Of a DNA stretch of 64,000 nucleotides, positions 21,096 to 30,737 are shown piece after piece. Source of the stretch: an uncultured Aminicenantes bacterium (GTDB lineage: Bacteria > Acidobacteriota > Aminicenantia > UBA2199). Numbering within the stretch: position 1 is the first letter of the stretch; each line of letters begins with the position of its first letter. The notes beneath the pieces were generated by a model. The model made no database searches, had not been told where the DNA came from, and saw only the letters and a list, made by a program, of their open reading frames with translations. The stretch is from contig CBDAFS010000062.1 in assembly GCA_965195285.1 (NCBI GenBank), forward strand, positions 32,001 to 96,000, in the 5' to 3' direction. Made by a program: the position numbers and the translations under genes.

Positions 21096-21935
21096 TTATT
21101 GATTCAGCAGCCGTTTCAATCTGGGGATTTCTTTTTCCATCACTTCAAATCCATTTTCAATCATCCCCCTGGCCTTATGAAAATCAAATATTCTGATCGA
21201 ACCCAATGCCGGCCTGATCAGGATATCCGGACTGTCGAGGGCAATGTTTTTTTCAGTAATCTGGCGCTGCATCATAGAAACCGAACTTTCGATCACATCA
21301 ATGATATTGGGACGATCCGGGGTGAGCCATTCCACAATTGGATTTTTTGATAATTGTTTGCACTTTCTGTACCGCAGCTTTCCCTTAATGAATTCATGAC
21401 TCAGATCCACACCAATGACAATCTCTGCACCCATTTTCCGTACCACATTCACTGGCATGGGATTCACCACGCCGCCATCAATCAGATACTGTTTCCCCTT
21501 TTTAAAGGGCGTAAATATCCCCGGAATGGCAATACTGGCCCGAATGGCATCAATCACTTTGCCCTGGCCAATCCGAACCTCCTCTCCGGTATCCAGATTG
21601 GTGGCCACCACCAGTAAAGGAAGGTTCAACTGATTGAATATTTTGCGGGTGATCAACTGCTCCAACAATTTGACCAGCTTATTGCCTTTAAAAAGACCGA
21701 GGTGGGGAACACCCGGATCAAAATGCCTCACCACATCCGTCCACTTGACTTCCAGCAGGTACTTCTCAAATCGTTCGATGTCACCTGAAGCGAATACACC
21801 TCCCACCACCGAACCGATACTGGTTCCGGCTATATAATCAATCCGTATCCCGGCCGAGGTCAGGGATTTGATGATACCGGTGTGAGCGCAGCCACGTGCA
21901 CCCCCGCTTCCCAAGGCCAACCCCAATTTTTTCAT
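21096..21935 (-). CDS. Patatin-like phospholipase (RssA family)
   Basis: GSGGARG, GTSIG nucleophile elbow, DGG. Confidence 0.94.
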   Translation of the reverse strand: MKKLGLALGSGGARGCAHTGIIKSLTSAGIRIDYIAGTSIGSVVGGVFASGDIERFEKYLLEVKWTDVVRHFDPGVPHLGLFKGNKLVKLLEQLITRKIFNQLNLPLLVVATNLDTGEEVRIGQGKVIDAIRASIAIPGIFTPFKKGKQYLIDGGVVNPMPVNVVRKMGAEIVIGVDLSHEFIKGKLRYRKCKQLSKNPIVEWLTPDRPNIIDVIESSVSMMQRQITEKNIALDSPDILIRPALGSIRIFDFHKARGMIENGFEVMEKEIPRLKRLLNQ

Positions 21936-21995
21936 AAATCATAATAATATAAATAAAATAAAATTTCAATAAATCAATGCGAAATTTATCAGCCT

Positions 21996-24900
21996 TCAGC
22001 TGATCAGGAAAAATGGCGGATGATTCACCAGATGAGCAAAATCAGTGATATACCAGACATATTGGTGAGTATTAAGCTTCTCGTATCTGATCTTTTTCAG
22101 GAAAGAAAGATTCACCCAGCCAGGATCCGTGTCCGGTTCCGAAAGTTCGATCTCCACCCGATCCTCAAATATCTCCACCTCTTTGAACCGGAATAACCGG
22201 GCAACTATCCGAATCAAGGCCACCAAAAAAACCTTTTCAACGCTGACATGACAGGGACCGAATCGATCCACCAGTTCATTCCACAGCTCTACAAGATCTT
22301 CAAGGCTGCTGGCTTCCAGTATTTTTTTATAGGTCCGGATTCTTTCAGGTGCATCGGAGATATATTCGGAATCAATCGAATATGAAAAATTGATATTGAT
22401 TTTGTACTGCCACTCTTTCTCCTCTTCCCCTTTCAATTCTTTGATCAACTGATTTAAAAGATCCAGGTAATAATCAAATCCAAGCGCCTCAATATGCCCG
22501 TGCTGTCTATTTCCCAATAACGAACCCATCCCCCTCAATTTTAAATCAAATTCAGCCAGTTTATAACCGGATCCCAGATCGGCAAAATCCCGGATGGCAT
22601 TCAATCTGGACCTGGCCCGGTCACTCACCGGCTTATTCCGAACCAGAAAAAAAGCATAGGCCTGCCGGCTGCTCCTTCCAATCCTCCCCCTCAACTGATA
22701 GAGCTGGGTCAAACCAAAACGGTCCGCATTCACCACGATCAGGGTATTGACATCCGGGATATCAATACCGTTTTCAATAATGGTGGTAGAGACCAGAATC
22801 CGATACCGTTTCTGAATAAAGGACATCAGGTTATTTTCTATTTGATCACTTCTCATCTTGGAATGGATCAGGGTCATCCTGACTTCGGGAAGCCAGGACT
22901 GAAGTTGATCCCTGAATTGATAAATTTTTTCAATATTGTTGTAGACAATGAAAACCAACCCGTCCCGTTCAATCTCATTTAAGACGGCAGACATTATGAT
23001 CTCCTTCGAAAAATCACCCACATAGTTCTTTACTGCCAGGCGACCGATGGGAGGAGACTGGATAACCGATAGATCCTGAAGTCCTGAGAGTGAAAGTGAC
23101 AGGGTGCGGGGGATGGGTGTTGCCGAAAGGCTCAACACATCGATATCTTCCCGGTTTTTCTTCAACTTTTCTTTTTGAAAAACCCCGAAACGCTGTTCCT
23201 CATCAATGATAACCAATCCCAGATCCCTGAACCGGATATCGCTGGATATCAAGGCGTGGGTACCGATCACCACATCAACCTTACCGGTTTTAAGTTCCTC
23301 CAGCACCCGTTTCTTTTCTTGTGTCGATACCATGCGGGACAGGAGTGCAATTCGTACCGGAAAAACCGAAAACCGCTGCCTGAAGGTTTCAAAATGCTGC
23401 CAAGCCAGTATGGTGGTCGGACACAGTACAACCACCTGTTTCCCATTCACTATGACCCTGAATGCGGCCCGAATGGCGACCTCGGTCTTCCCGAAACTGA
23501 CATCACCGCAAACCAGACGATCCATGGGGCTGTCGGCCTCCAGATCATTCATCACATCCTTGATAGCTCTAAATTGATCCCGGGTCTCCAGGTATGGAAA
23601 TCCTTCCCACAATTTGTTTTCCATGTCATCGGGTTTCGGATAGGAATGACCCTTTATGGATCTTCTCACCGCATATAGCTCCAGCAGATCCCGGGCAAAA
23701 TTGACGATACTTTTTTTAGCCCTGGATTGTTTGGACTCCCAGGTTTTTCCGCCCATTTTATCCAGAGGGGGATGATAGCCTTCAGGGGCAACATATCTGC
23801 TCAACACATCCAGTTCATAAACCGGAACGTATAGAAATTCTTTATTCAGATATTCAATCTGCAAGAATTCGGAAATCATACCTCCGAATTGAAGCCGGCG
23901 CAGGCCCAGGTATTTTCCGATTCCATGTTTTTTATGAACAACAAAATCGTCTGTTTTGATTTCCTTTAGCAGTCGGTCAATTTTCTCCGCTTCATTTTCC
24001 ATCCGGATTTCCTTCTGTTCAAAATAAAAATTCTTGAAGGTCAAAAACAGTGTGCGGTTGGCTCTGTTTTCAAAAGAAAAGGGAATGTTGAAATTCAAAT
24101 ACTGAACATCCCCCCAGAAGTCCACAACATGTTCCATGATTTTTTTATTTTCCGAACACAGATAACAGGAATACTTATTATTTATTTTATCAACGATCCG
24201 GTTTATATCGTCCTGATTGAATTCCAGAACACTTTTCTTCAGCTTGACCAATTCCGGTTTTTCGAAAATATCATCAAATATTTCATTCAGACTCAGTATG
24301 GTTTTTTCATCAGGCTGATAGGTAAAAATGTCCTCTGGTTTCTGTTGTCTTTTTTTGGGGGTTCTGGTCAGGACTCGAATTTTGTTGAAATTCTCCAAAA
24401 GCATGCCGAACTCTTTGTTGAGATGGTCAAAATCAGAAGCCACCAGGAAGGGATTCTTAATCAGATCGGGAAGATATTTCATCCGGGTATGATCTCCCCG
24501 GAAATACTGATCCATGGATTGAAAATTTAAAAAATACCGGGCAATCGGTATCTGGATTTGAGGGATTGTTCTGATGGATCTCTGGGTCAGGATATCGAAA
24601 TGCCGGATCGATTTCACGGCTCCCCCCAGAACCTCAATCCGAACCGGATTGTCCTCATTTACCGAGAAGATATCCACGATACTTCCCCGCCAGGAGATAT
24701 CCCCCGGTTGTTCAACAAAATCCCGGGTTTTATAACCCGATTCGATCATAGCGGACAAAAAATCATTTCGGCTGAAACGATCTTCCAGCTTTACCCATCT
24801 GATAAACCGCTCCAACCGGGAATCCTCTTCAATTTTAATGCTGAGGGCAGACAGGGTGGTTACAATGATCCCGTTTTGTGGTTTCAATAAATTTGAAATT

Positions 24901-25208
24901 AATCTGAGTTTGTGATCCAGGGCATCGAGATCGACATCGGAATTGACAAATGGATCTTCAAACGGACGTTTATAGTAGTCAATCGGCACCTCTTTCAGAC
25001 CCAGCAGTTTTAACCATGAATGAAGCTTTTTTTCTTTGGCTTGAAAATCCTCGTTCTCCCCCACTATCCAGATCAAATGGGACCGGCATTGGTAAAAAAT
25101 ACCGGCAATATACAGCTCAATCAAATCTCCGTCAACATTGTTGATATTCCGGGTTTTTGCGGATTTCAAACCCTGGATAAATTGTGGGCTGAATATCTTA
25201 TTAATCAT
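21996..25208 (-). CDS. mfd: Transcription-repair coupling factor
   Basis: CarD-like RID (VVHKKHGIG), GDVSFGKT, DEEQRFG, SATPIPRTL, QLRGRIGR, TRCF domain; N-terminus divergent. Confidence 0.95.
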   Translation of the reverse strand: MINKIFSPQFIQGLKSAKTRNINNVDGDLIELYIAGIFYQCRSHLIWIVGENEDFQAKEKKLHSWLKLLGLKEVPIDYYKRPFEDPFVNSDVDLDALDHKLRLISNLLKPQNGIIVTTLSALSIKIEEDSRLERFIRWVKLEDRFSRNDFLSAMIESGYKTRDFVEQPGDISWRGSIVDIFSVNEDNPVRIEVLGGAVKSIRHFDILTQRSIRTIPQIQIPIARYFLNFQSMDQYFRGDHTRMKYLPDLIKNPFLVASDFDHLNKEFGMLLENFNKIRVLTRTPKKRQQKPEDIFTYQPDEKTILSLNEIFDDIFEKPELVKLKKSVLEFNQDDINRIVDKINNKYSCYLCSENKKIMEHVVDFWGDVQYLNFNIPFSFENRANRTLFLTFKNFYFEQKEIRMENEAEKIDRLLKEIKTDDFVVHKKHGIGKYLGLRRLQFGGMISEFLQIEYLNKEFLYVPVYELDVLSRYVAPEGYHPPLDKMGGKTWESKQSRAKKSIVNFARDLLELYAVRRSIKGHSYPKPDDMENKLWEGFPYLETRDQFRAIKDVMNDLEADSPMDRLVCGDVSFGKTEVAIRAAFRVIVNGKQVVVLCPTTILAWQHFETFRQRFSVFPVRIALLSRMVSTQEKKRVLEELKTGKVDVVIGTHALISSDIRFRDLGLVIIDEEQRFGVFQKEKLKKNREDIDVLSLSATPIPRTLSLSLSGLQDLSVIQSPPIGRLAVKNYVGDFSKEIIMSAVLNEIERDGLVFIVYNNIEKIYQFRDQLQSWLPEVRMTLIHSKMRSDQIENNLMSFIQKRYRILVSTTIIENGIDIPDVNTLIVVNADRFGLTQLYQLRGRIGRSSRQAYAFFLVRNKPVSDRARSRLNAIRDFADLGSGYKLAEFDLKLRGMGSLLGNRQHGHIEALGFDYYLDLLNQLIKELKGEEEKEWQYKININFSYSIDSEYISDAPERIRTYKKILEASSLEDLVELWNELVDRFGPCHVSVEKVFLVALIRIVARLFRFKEVEIFEDRVEIELSEPDTDPGWVNLSFLKKIRYEKLNTHQYVWYITDFAHLVNHPPFFLIS

Positions 25209-25254
25209 CACTGGTGATCATCCAAATCCACCCCGTCATCATTCAGCCAGGTGA

Positions 25255-26094
25255 TCAATTGAAATCCAGCAGGTATCGAAGTACTTTCAGGGCCCTCACC
25301 ATGTTCTCGACCTGATGAACCCGGATGATGGAAGCCCCGTTCATAATCGAGATAATATTGGCAGTCACTGTTTCCATTTCCCGGTTTTGGGGGATTTTTT
25401 CTCCACTGATTTGCCCCAGAAAAGATTTTCTGGACAGGCCGATAAGAATCGGACATTTGAGCTCAGCGATTTCCCTGAGCCTCCGTATAATTTCAATATT
25501 ATCCTGGAAGCGCTTTCCAAACCCAATCCCCGGATCCACGATGATTTTGTTTCTGGAGATACCGTTGGCCATCGCGTAATCAATCCGTTCACTCAGGTGG
25601 TTTTTGATCTCAACCACTGCATCCTTGTAACGAGGATTCCTCTGCATATTTTTTGGTGTACCCAGGATATGCATAATAATCACAGGAACACCCAGGCTGG
25701 CAACAACAGCAACCATATTATCACTGAATCGAAGCCCGGAAATATCGTTCACCAGGTCAGCACCGGCTTCAGCAACGGCAATATGGGCCACCTCATCCTT
25801 ATTGGTATCAACTGAAACCAGAATTCCAAATTCTTTTTTCACCCGTTCAATGACCGGAATAATTCGATCTATCTCTTCCCGGCCACTCACTGCCCGGGAA
25901 CCGGGGCGGGTACTTTCTCCGCCGATGTCAATAATATCAGCACCGGCTTTTACCATTTTTTCCGCATGGTCAAGAGCTTCATCCGTTTTCAAGAACTGGC
26001 CGCCATCGGAAAAAGAATCCGGAGTAATATTTAAAATGCCCATGATCAAGGGGATTTTCAAATCAATGGATCGTTCTTTCAAAACCAGTTTCAT
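25255..26094 (-). CDS. folP: Dihydropteroate synthase
   Basis: MGILNITPDSFSDGG, DIGGESTRPG, DPGIGFGK, GLSRKS, IRVH. Confidence 0.97.
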   Translation of the reverse strand: MKLVLKERSIDLKIPLIMGILNITPDSFSDGGQFLKTDEALDHAEKMVKAGADIIDIGGESTRPGSRAVSGREEIDRIIPVIERVKKEFGILVSVDTNKDEVAHIAVAEAGADLVNDISGLRFSDNMVAVVASLGVPVIIMHILGTPKNMQRNPRYKDAVVEIKNHLSERIDYAMANGISRNKIIVDPGIGFGKRFQDNIEIIRRLREIAELKCPILIGLSRKSFLGQISGEKIPQNREMETVTANIISIMNGASIIRVHQVENMVRALKVLRYLLDFN

Positions 26095-26143
26095 TTACCA
26101 ACTTCTCCGATCTTTATTTCTGAATAACAATGCTGTCCCGAAT

Positions 26144-26890
26144 TTAAATCACGGTTAACCGGTCCTCTTTAATCCATCCGACTATATCAGAAGAAGCGGA
26201 AACCTGCAGCCACCCATTGCTCCGATCAATAATCCTCACTTCCAATCCGGGATTTACCTTGAAAAGTATGGTATTGTCTTGCCCCGGACCACTCCTCAGT
26301 TGGGCATCATCTCGTATAATAACCGCCGTGTTCTGAGAATTCCGCTTCTGTACCCGGTAGATATGGACCATCGAGGTAAAAATGAACAGGAGCAGAAAAA
26401 AGAAGAGACCGTATAAGGCCCACTTGTTTCTTCTCCTTCTGACCAGAATGAACAAAGAAAAATTGAATATGATGATGAATACGATCAACAGATAGGAAAT
26501 AAAATTCAGGGATATCAAAGACTCAACCTTCAGCACGACCCGTCCTAAGAAATCGATTTCTTTCTCCGGGATTTTATCCTTGAAATTTTTATTCACAATT
26601 TGAATATTATTTCCGATGGAGGACTGAAGGGGTTTGAGCTGTCGGGCCTTCAAATAATAAATCTTGGCTTCAATAAAACGATTGAGCTTAAACTGACAAT
26701 TTCCCATATTATAAAACAATTTCCAGCTAAACAGTGAATTTTCAATTGTACGATACAACTCCAGGGCTTCTGTATAGAGTCCTTTTTCATACAAGTCATT
26801 CGCTGAGTCAAACCTCTGTTGGAAATCCTCTGCAGACGCAACCATAACCGCCAGTACCAGTATGCCAATAAAAACAACGATGCTCTTCAT
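26144..26890 (-). CDS. batE: BatE-like TPR + SH3 membrane protein
   Basis: Signal peptide, TPRs, two TM helices, SH3b (LRSGPG...GWI). Confidence 0.8.
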   Translation of the reverse strand: MKSIVVFIGILVLAVMVASAEDFQQRFDSANDLYEKGLYTEALELYRTIENSLFSWKLFYNMGNCQFKLNRFIEAKIYYLKARQLKPLQSSIGNNIQIVNKNFKDKIPEKEIDFLGRVVLKVESLISLNFISYLLIVFIIIFNFSLFILVRRRRNKWALYGLFFFLLLFIFTSMVHIYRVQKRNSQNTAVIIRDDAQLRSGPGQDNTILFKVNPGLEVRIIDRSNGWLQVSASSDIVGWIKEDRLTVI

Positions 26891-28632
26891 TTTATGCGTT
26901 TATCAATCCTTTTTAATATGGAAATCATTAACCTCACATCTTTTTCAATATTCTTTTGGGATTGCTTTTGAGGTGAAAAACGTGCGGATTCCGATTGTGC
27001 TTTGATACGATTGAAGGCCTCAATATCATAGTCGGTAATCTTATGTTTTTTAAAGAATGACTCTATATTGTATTGGTTTAGTTCTGAATAACTCAGGCCT
27101 GATTTCTTCTGGAGATACTTTTCAATGACAACATGAATCTCTCCATAATCGTTTACATTCTTCAATTTCTTTGCTGTGGTATTCAACAACAATTTTTTAT
27201 TCAGGGTACGGTTTTGAAGTAAGATTCTATCCAGAACTGATTTTTTAAGGATAACCAACAGATTCAACCCGAATGGCAGGATGAAAAGAAAGGCAAAAAT
27301 GCCCTGCTGATAAAACAGCCGATTTTCATTACTGATCTTGCCTTTGGCTATAAAATCGATATCTTCCCCTTTCTTCATTATTTCCGTACTGGGAATGGTC
27401 ATGGACGTTTCGATTTTTTCTTTGGTCCCGGTGACAGTGATCTTAATGGGGCGGCTGTTCAAGGCCATCACCTTTTTTAATGAGGGGTTGTAAGATTTGA
27501 ACACCAGTTCGGGCAAAGTCATCAGGCCAGTGGATTTAAAGGCAACCGGGATTTCAGCGGTCAGGGTCCCGGAAAACCTGGAGCCGGAATAATCGTAATT
27601 TCGAGAAATTTTGGCCGGATAGGTTTTGTAGAATTCACTGCTTTTGAATTCAGGGATAATCAGGGTTTTAAGGTTTCCCTGACCCTGGATCCTCATTTTC
27701 AAGGTCAAAATATCATTGATATCCAGGTTGCTTTTGGTTGATCCAATATTAAAACTGAACTCTCCAACCGGCAAATTCCGGACACCAGGAGGAAGTTCGG
27801 AAACATTAATGATAAGCGCGGGAGATTTTTTTATCAATTTTCTGGGGGATGAGAAGAATGAAAAAGTCTGATCCACCAGGCTCAACTCAAATGTGAGGGA
27901 GGGGATGGATAAGGATCCGGAACGGGTGGGAAAAAGCGCCACCTTGCGAATCTCATACAATTGATAGGTTTTTCCATCCTTCTCCACTGTTTTTCCATCA
28001 ATAGATCGGGGCACCGGAAACCATTCCTGCCAGAATCCCGGAAAGGATTGGTTGGAAACCAGATTGATGGATTCGATTCTATTTCGGGTGTACAGCAATA
28101 CTTTAAATAAAACCTGCTGGCCTTTCAGGATATTGCGTTCCGATATCCAGGCATCCAGTTTGACATCAACTTTCTCTTTGGTTTTGCGATCAAAAGGAGA
28201 TGAGAAAAAGTCCTCGTCAAATACCGATCGTCTTCTTTTGGGGGGCGGAGTCGAGCCTTTGCTGCTTTTCACCACCTCAATCCCAAAAGGCTGGGTAGAA
28301 TACTGCTGGCCCTGATGGTTATAGGATATCGGTGGAATGATTAAGGTTCCGGTTTTCAGGGGAATTAAATAAAATTCAAAATTGGTGAAGTAGGAGGAAA
28401 CGCCGTTGACAAAACGGAATTCAGTACTCCGGGAACTCTGGGCGATTCGAAAATTCTTTATGATGGAAATATCCGGTCGAGGAGGATCCTGAATACCCTT
28501 GTAGGTAACGGTATAAATCAACACATCATCAATCCCGATTTTATCGGCATTCACACTGGCCTTGAATTCAAAATCTCCGGCCAGCAGCACCTGAAAAAAG
28601 CACAGCAGGATAAAAACCAATTTACCTTTCAT
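26887..28632 (-). CDS. batD: BatD family protein
   Basis: Signal peptide, repeated Ig-like BatD domains (IQGQGNL), C-terminal TM; operon context. Confidence 0.85.
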   Translation of the reverse strand: MKGKLVFILLCFFQVLLAGDFEFKASVNADKIGIDDVLIYTVTYKGIQDPPRPDISIIKNFRIAQSSRSTEFRFVNGVSSYFTNFEFYLIPLKTGTLIIPPISYNHQGQQYSTQPFGIEVVKSSKGSTPPPKRRRSVFDEDFFSSPFDRKTKEKVDVKLDAWISERNILKGQQVLFKVLLYTRNRIESINLVSNQSFPGFWQEWFPVPRSIDGKTVEKDGKTYQLYEIRKVALFPTRSGSLSIPSLTFELSLVDQTFSFFSSPRKLIKKSPALIINVSELPPGVRNLPVGEFSFNIGSTKSNLDINDILTLKMRIQGQGNLKTLIIPEFKSSEFYKTYPAKISRNYDYSGSRFSGTLTAEIPVAFKSTGLMTLPELVFKSYNPSLKKVMALNSRPIKITVTGTKEKIETSMTIPSTEIMKKGEDIDFIAKGKISNENRLFYQQGIFAFLFILPFGLNLLVILKKSVLDRILLQNRTLNKKLLLNTTAKKLKNVNDYGEIHVVIEKYLQKKSGLSYSELNQYNIESFFKKHKITDYDIEAFNRIKAQSESARFSPQKQSQKNIEKDVRLMISILKRIDKRIK

Positions 28633-28634
28633 CT

Positions 28635-29246
28635 CTACCAGTCTTTTTCCTTTTTGACTACTGTCAGTTTTCGCTGTTTTTTCTTCATCTGCTTCTTCTC
28701 ATTTTGATTCAGGTACTGCATCAGGTTTTGATGCTGATTCTTTTTTTTATTCTTTTCCTGCTGATCTTCTTTTTCTTTTTCCGGGTTTCTTTTCTGATCC
28801 TGGCTTTGTTTGTTTTTCTGCTCTTCAAGCTTCTTCAGAGCCAGTTCATAATTCTTTTTGGCATTGATATCATCGGGATTCAGAATCAAACTGTTTTTAT
28901 AGCTTTCCAGTGCCTTTTCATACTGATTCAATCTGAAAAATGCATTTCCCAGATTGTATAAAAATTCAGGCTTCGAAATACCGGACCGCTCGGGATCGAT
29001 TTTTGAAAATTCCTCCAAAGCGGTTTTGTATTTTTTTAACTGATATAGAGTGGAAGCAGTATTATTCTTCAGCTGGGCAAGCTCCGGTTTTACTCCCTTG
29101 GCGGACAGAAATGCCTGTAAGGCCTGTTCATATTTTTTTTCCCCGTAGGCCCTCATGCCCTGCTGATTCTTTTTAGCAGCCGGTTCGAACCAGTGCCAGA
29201 ATAACAAAAAAGGTATTAGCAGCAGTAGGATTATCTTTTTTTCCAT
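28635..29246 (-). CDS. batC: BatC-like TPR protein
   Basis: TPRs (YNLGNAFF, AKKNYELA), Q/K-rich tail ending in KDW. Confidence 0.82.
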   Translation of the reverse strand: MEKKIILLLLIPFLLFWHWFEPAAKKNQQGMRAYGEKKYEQALQAFLSAKGVKPELAQLKNNTASTLYQLKKYKTALEEFSKIDPERSGISKPEFLYNLGNAFFRLNQYEKALESYKNSLILNPDDINAKKNYELALKKLEEQKNKQSQDQKRNPEKEKEDQQEKNKKKNQHQNLMQYLNQNEKKQMKKKQRKLTVVKKEKDW

Positions 29247-30241
29247 AATAGCTTTTTCTCGGTTAAAAACATTTCAAAAATAAGGCATATTATACCAATT
29301 ATCAAGGGGTAGTAAAACCGCTTTTGCTTTTTTAATTTCATTCTTTTTGATAAAGCGGTTCGTTTGAATGATTTCAGGTTTTTCACAAATATATCAATGG
29401 CGGCCACATCGGTCAGGCGAAAATATTGCCCCCCGGTATCCGAAGCAATTCGGATCAGGGTCTTCTCATCGAGCCGGGTTCTGACCAGATTTCCATTTTT
29501 ATCTTTTTTCCAACCGGTAATGTCTCCCTGATCATTTTTAATCGGAATCGGAGCGCCGGCCTGGACCCCGACCCCCACTGTAAAAACAATTATATTTTGC
29601 TTTCTTAACTCCTGGACGTATTCCTGCCACCTTTTTTCCTGATCTTCACCATCGGTGATCAGGATGACGATTTTTTTGCTTTCGGCAGAGGATTTAAACG
29701 ATTGCAGCGCCAGTTTTAATCCCTGACTGAAATCGGTCCCCTGTTCTTCATCGGGACTGATTCCTGAGGCCTCGGTCATCAGCTTAAACGCTTCATAATC
29801 AATGGTGAGCGGACACTGGATATAGGCGGTTCCGGCAAAGTTGATCAAACCGATATAATCCGTATAGAAATGATCGACGATGGCATTCACCAGCTGCTTG
29901 GAGACTTCAAGCCGGTTGGGTTTCAAATCCTCCGCATTCATTGAATTTGAAGTATCCAGGAGAAAAATCATTTCAATACCCTTGATATCGACCTGTTCGA
30001 ACACTTCTCCCCATTCAGGGCCGGCCAATGCCAGACCAAAAAAAATAATGGCTAGAACGGTCAGTGACGCCTTGAAAAATCCAATTTCCCTTCCACTTCT
30101 GAAGCCCAATTTTTTAAAAGCGGTTTCCGATACAAAGGCATTTAAAAGTTTTTTCTTTTTTATGAAATTATGAATAATCAGCAGCACATAGGGAATTAAA
30201 ATCAAAAGTAAAAAAAAGGCTGTGGGATTTGAAAAACTCAT
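29231..30241 (-). CDS. batB: VWA domain protein (BatB-like)
   Basis: ALAGPEWG, MIDAS DTSNSM, PLTIDY, LITDGED; ATG at 30241 after GGAG. Confidence 0.88.
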   Translation of the reverse strand: MSFSNPTAFFLLLILIPYVLLIIHNFIKKKKLLNAFVSETAFKKLGFRSGREIGFFKASLTVLAIIFFGLALAGPEWGEVFEQVDIKGIEMIFLLDTSNSMNAEDLKPNRLEVSKQLVNAIVDHFYTDYIGLINFAGTAYIQCPLTIDYEAFKLMTEASGISPDEEQGTDFSQGLKLALQSFKSSAESKKIVILITDGEDQEKRWQEYVQELRKQNIIVFTVGVGVQAGAPIPIKNDQGDITGWKKDKNGNLVRTRLDEKTLIRIASDTGGQYFRLTDVAAIDIFVKNLKSFKRTALSKRMKLKKQKRFYYPLIIGIICLIFEMFLTEKKLLWKKR

Positions 30242-30413
30242 TTCATGCGACTCCGGATTTTCATTATAGCAAATTTTTCCTACTTTGCCCAACTGACCTG
30301 AATCTCTCTCTTTATCTGTTTTAGATGCTTCTATTTGAATCATGGTTTCAGGCAATGGCTAGATTCAGGCGATTTCAATTGACTTTTTTTTTGAATCTTC
30401 TTACAATAAATTA

Positions 30414-30626
30414 ATGTCCAAAGACAAAGTGACTTTAAAAATCCCCCGACCACTTTATGATCGGTTATCATCAATTATCAGCGAAAGCGGGTTCAGCAGT
30501 GTCAATGAATTTGTCGTCTATGTGTTAAGAGACCTGGTTTCGCTTGGATTCGATGACAAAAATGAATTAACCAAGGAGGAGACCGAAGCCATCAAAAAAA
30601 GGTTGAAGAACCTGGGCTATTTTTAA
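30414..30626 (+). CDS. Ribbon-helix-helix (CopG/Arc-like) regulator
   Basis: VTLKIPRPLYDRL...GFSSVNEFVVYVLR, C-terminal RLKNLGY. Confidence 0.85.
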   Translation: MSKDKVTLKIPRPLYDRLSSIISESGFSSVNEFVVYVLRDLVSLGFDDKNELTKEETEAIKKRLKNLGYF

Positions 30627-30737
30627 TTCCCGGATATTTTAGTATCCCATATTTGACATGAAACCAAAAACCAATCGAAAATTCCGTTTTGAAAAGATAT
30701 TGAAGCTTACCATCCGTTTAATCGACTTATTCTGATT

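Noticed and set aside
25208-25456. 82-aa ORF bridging folP and mfd
   Set aside because: It lies in an alternative frame of a complete folP and has no recognisable features.
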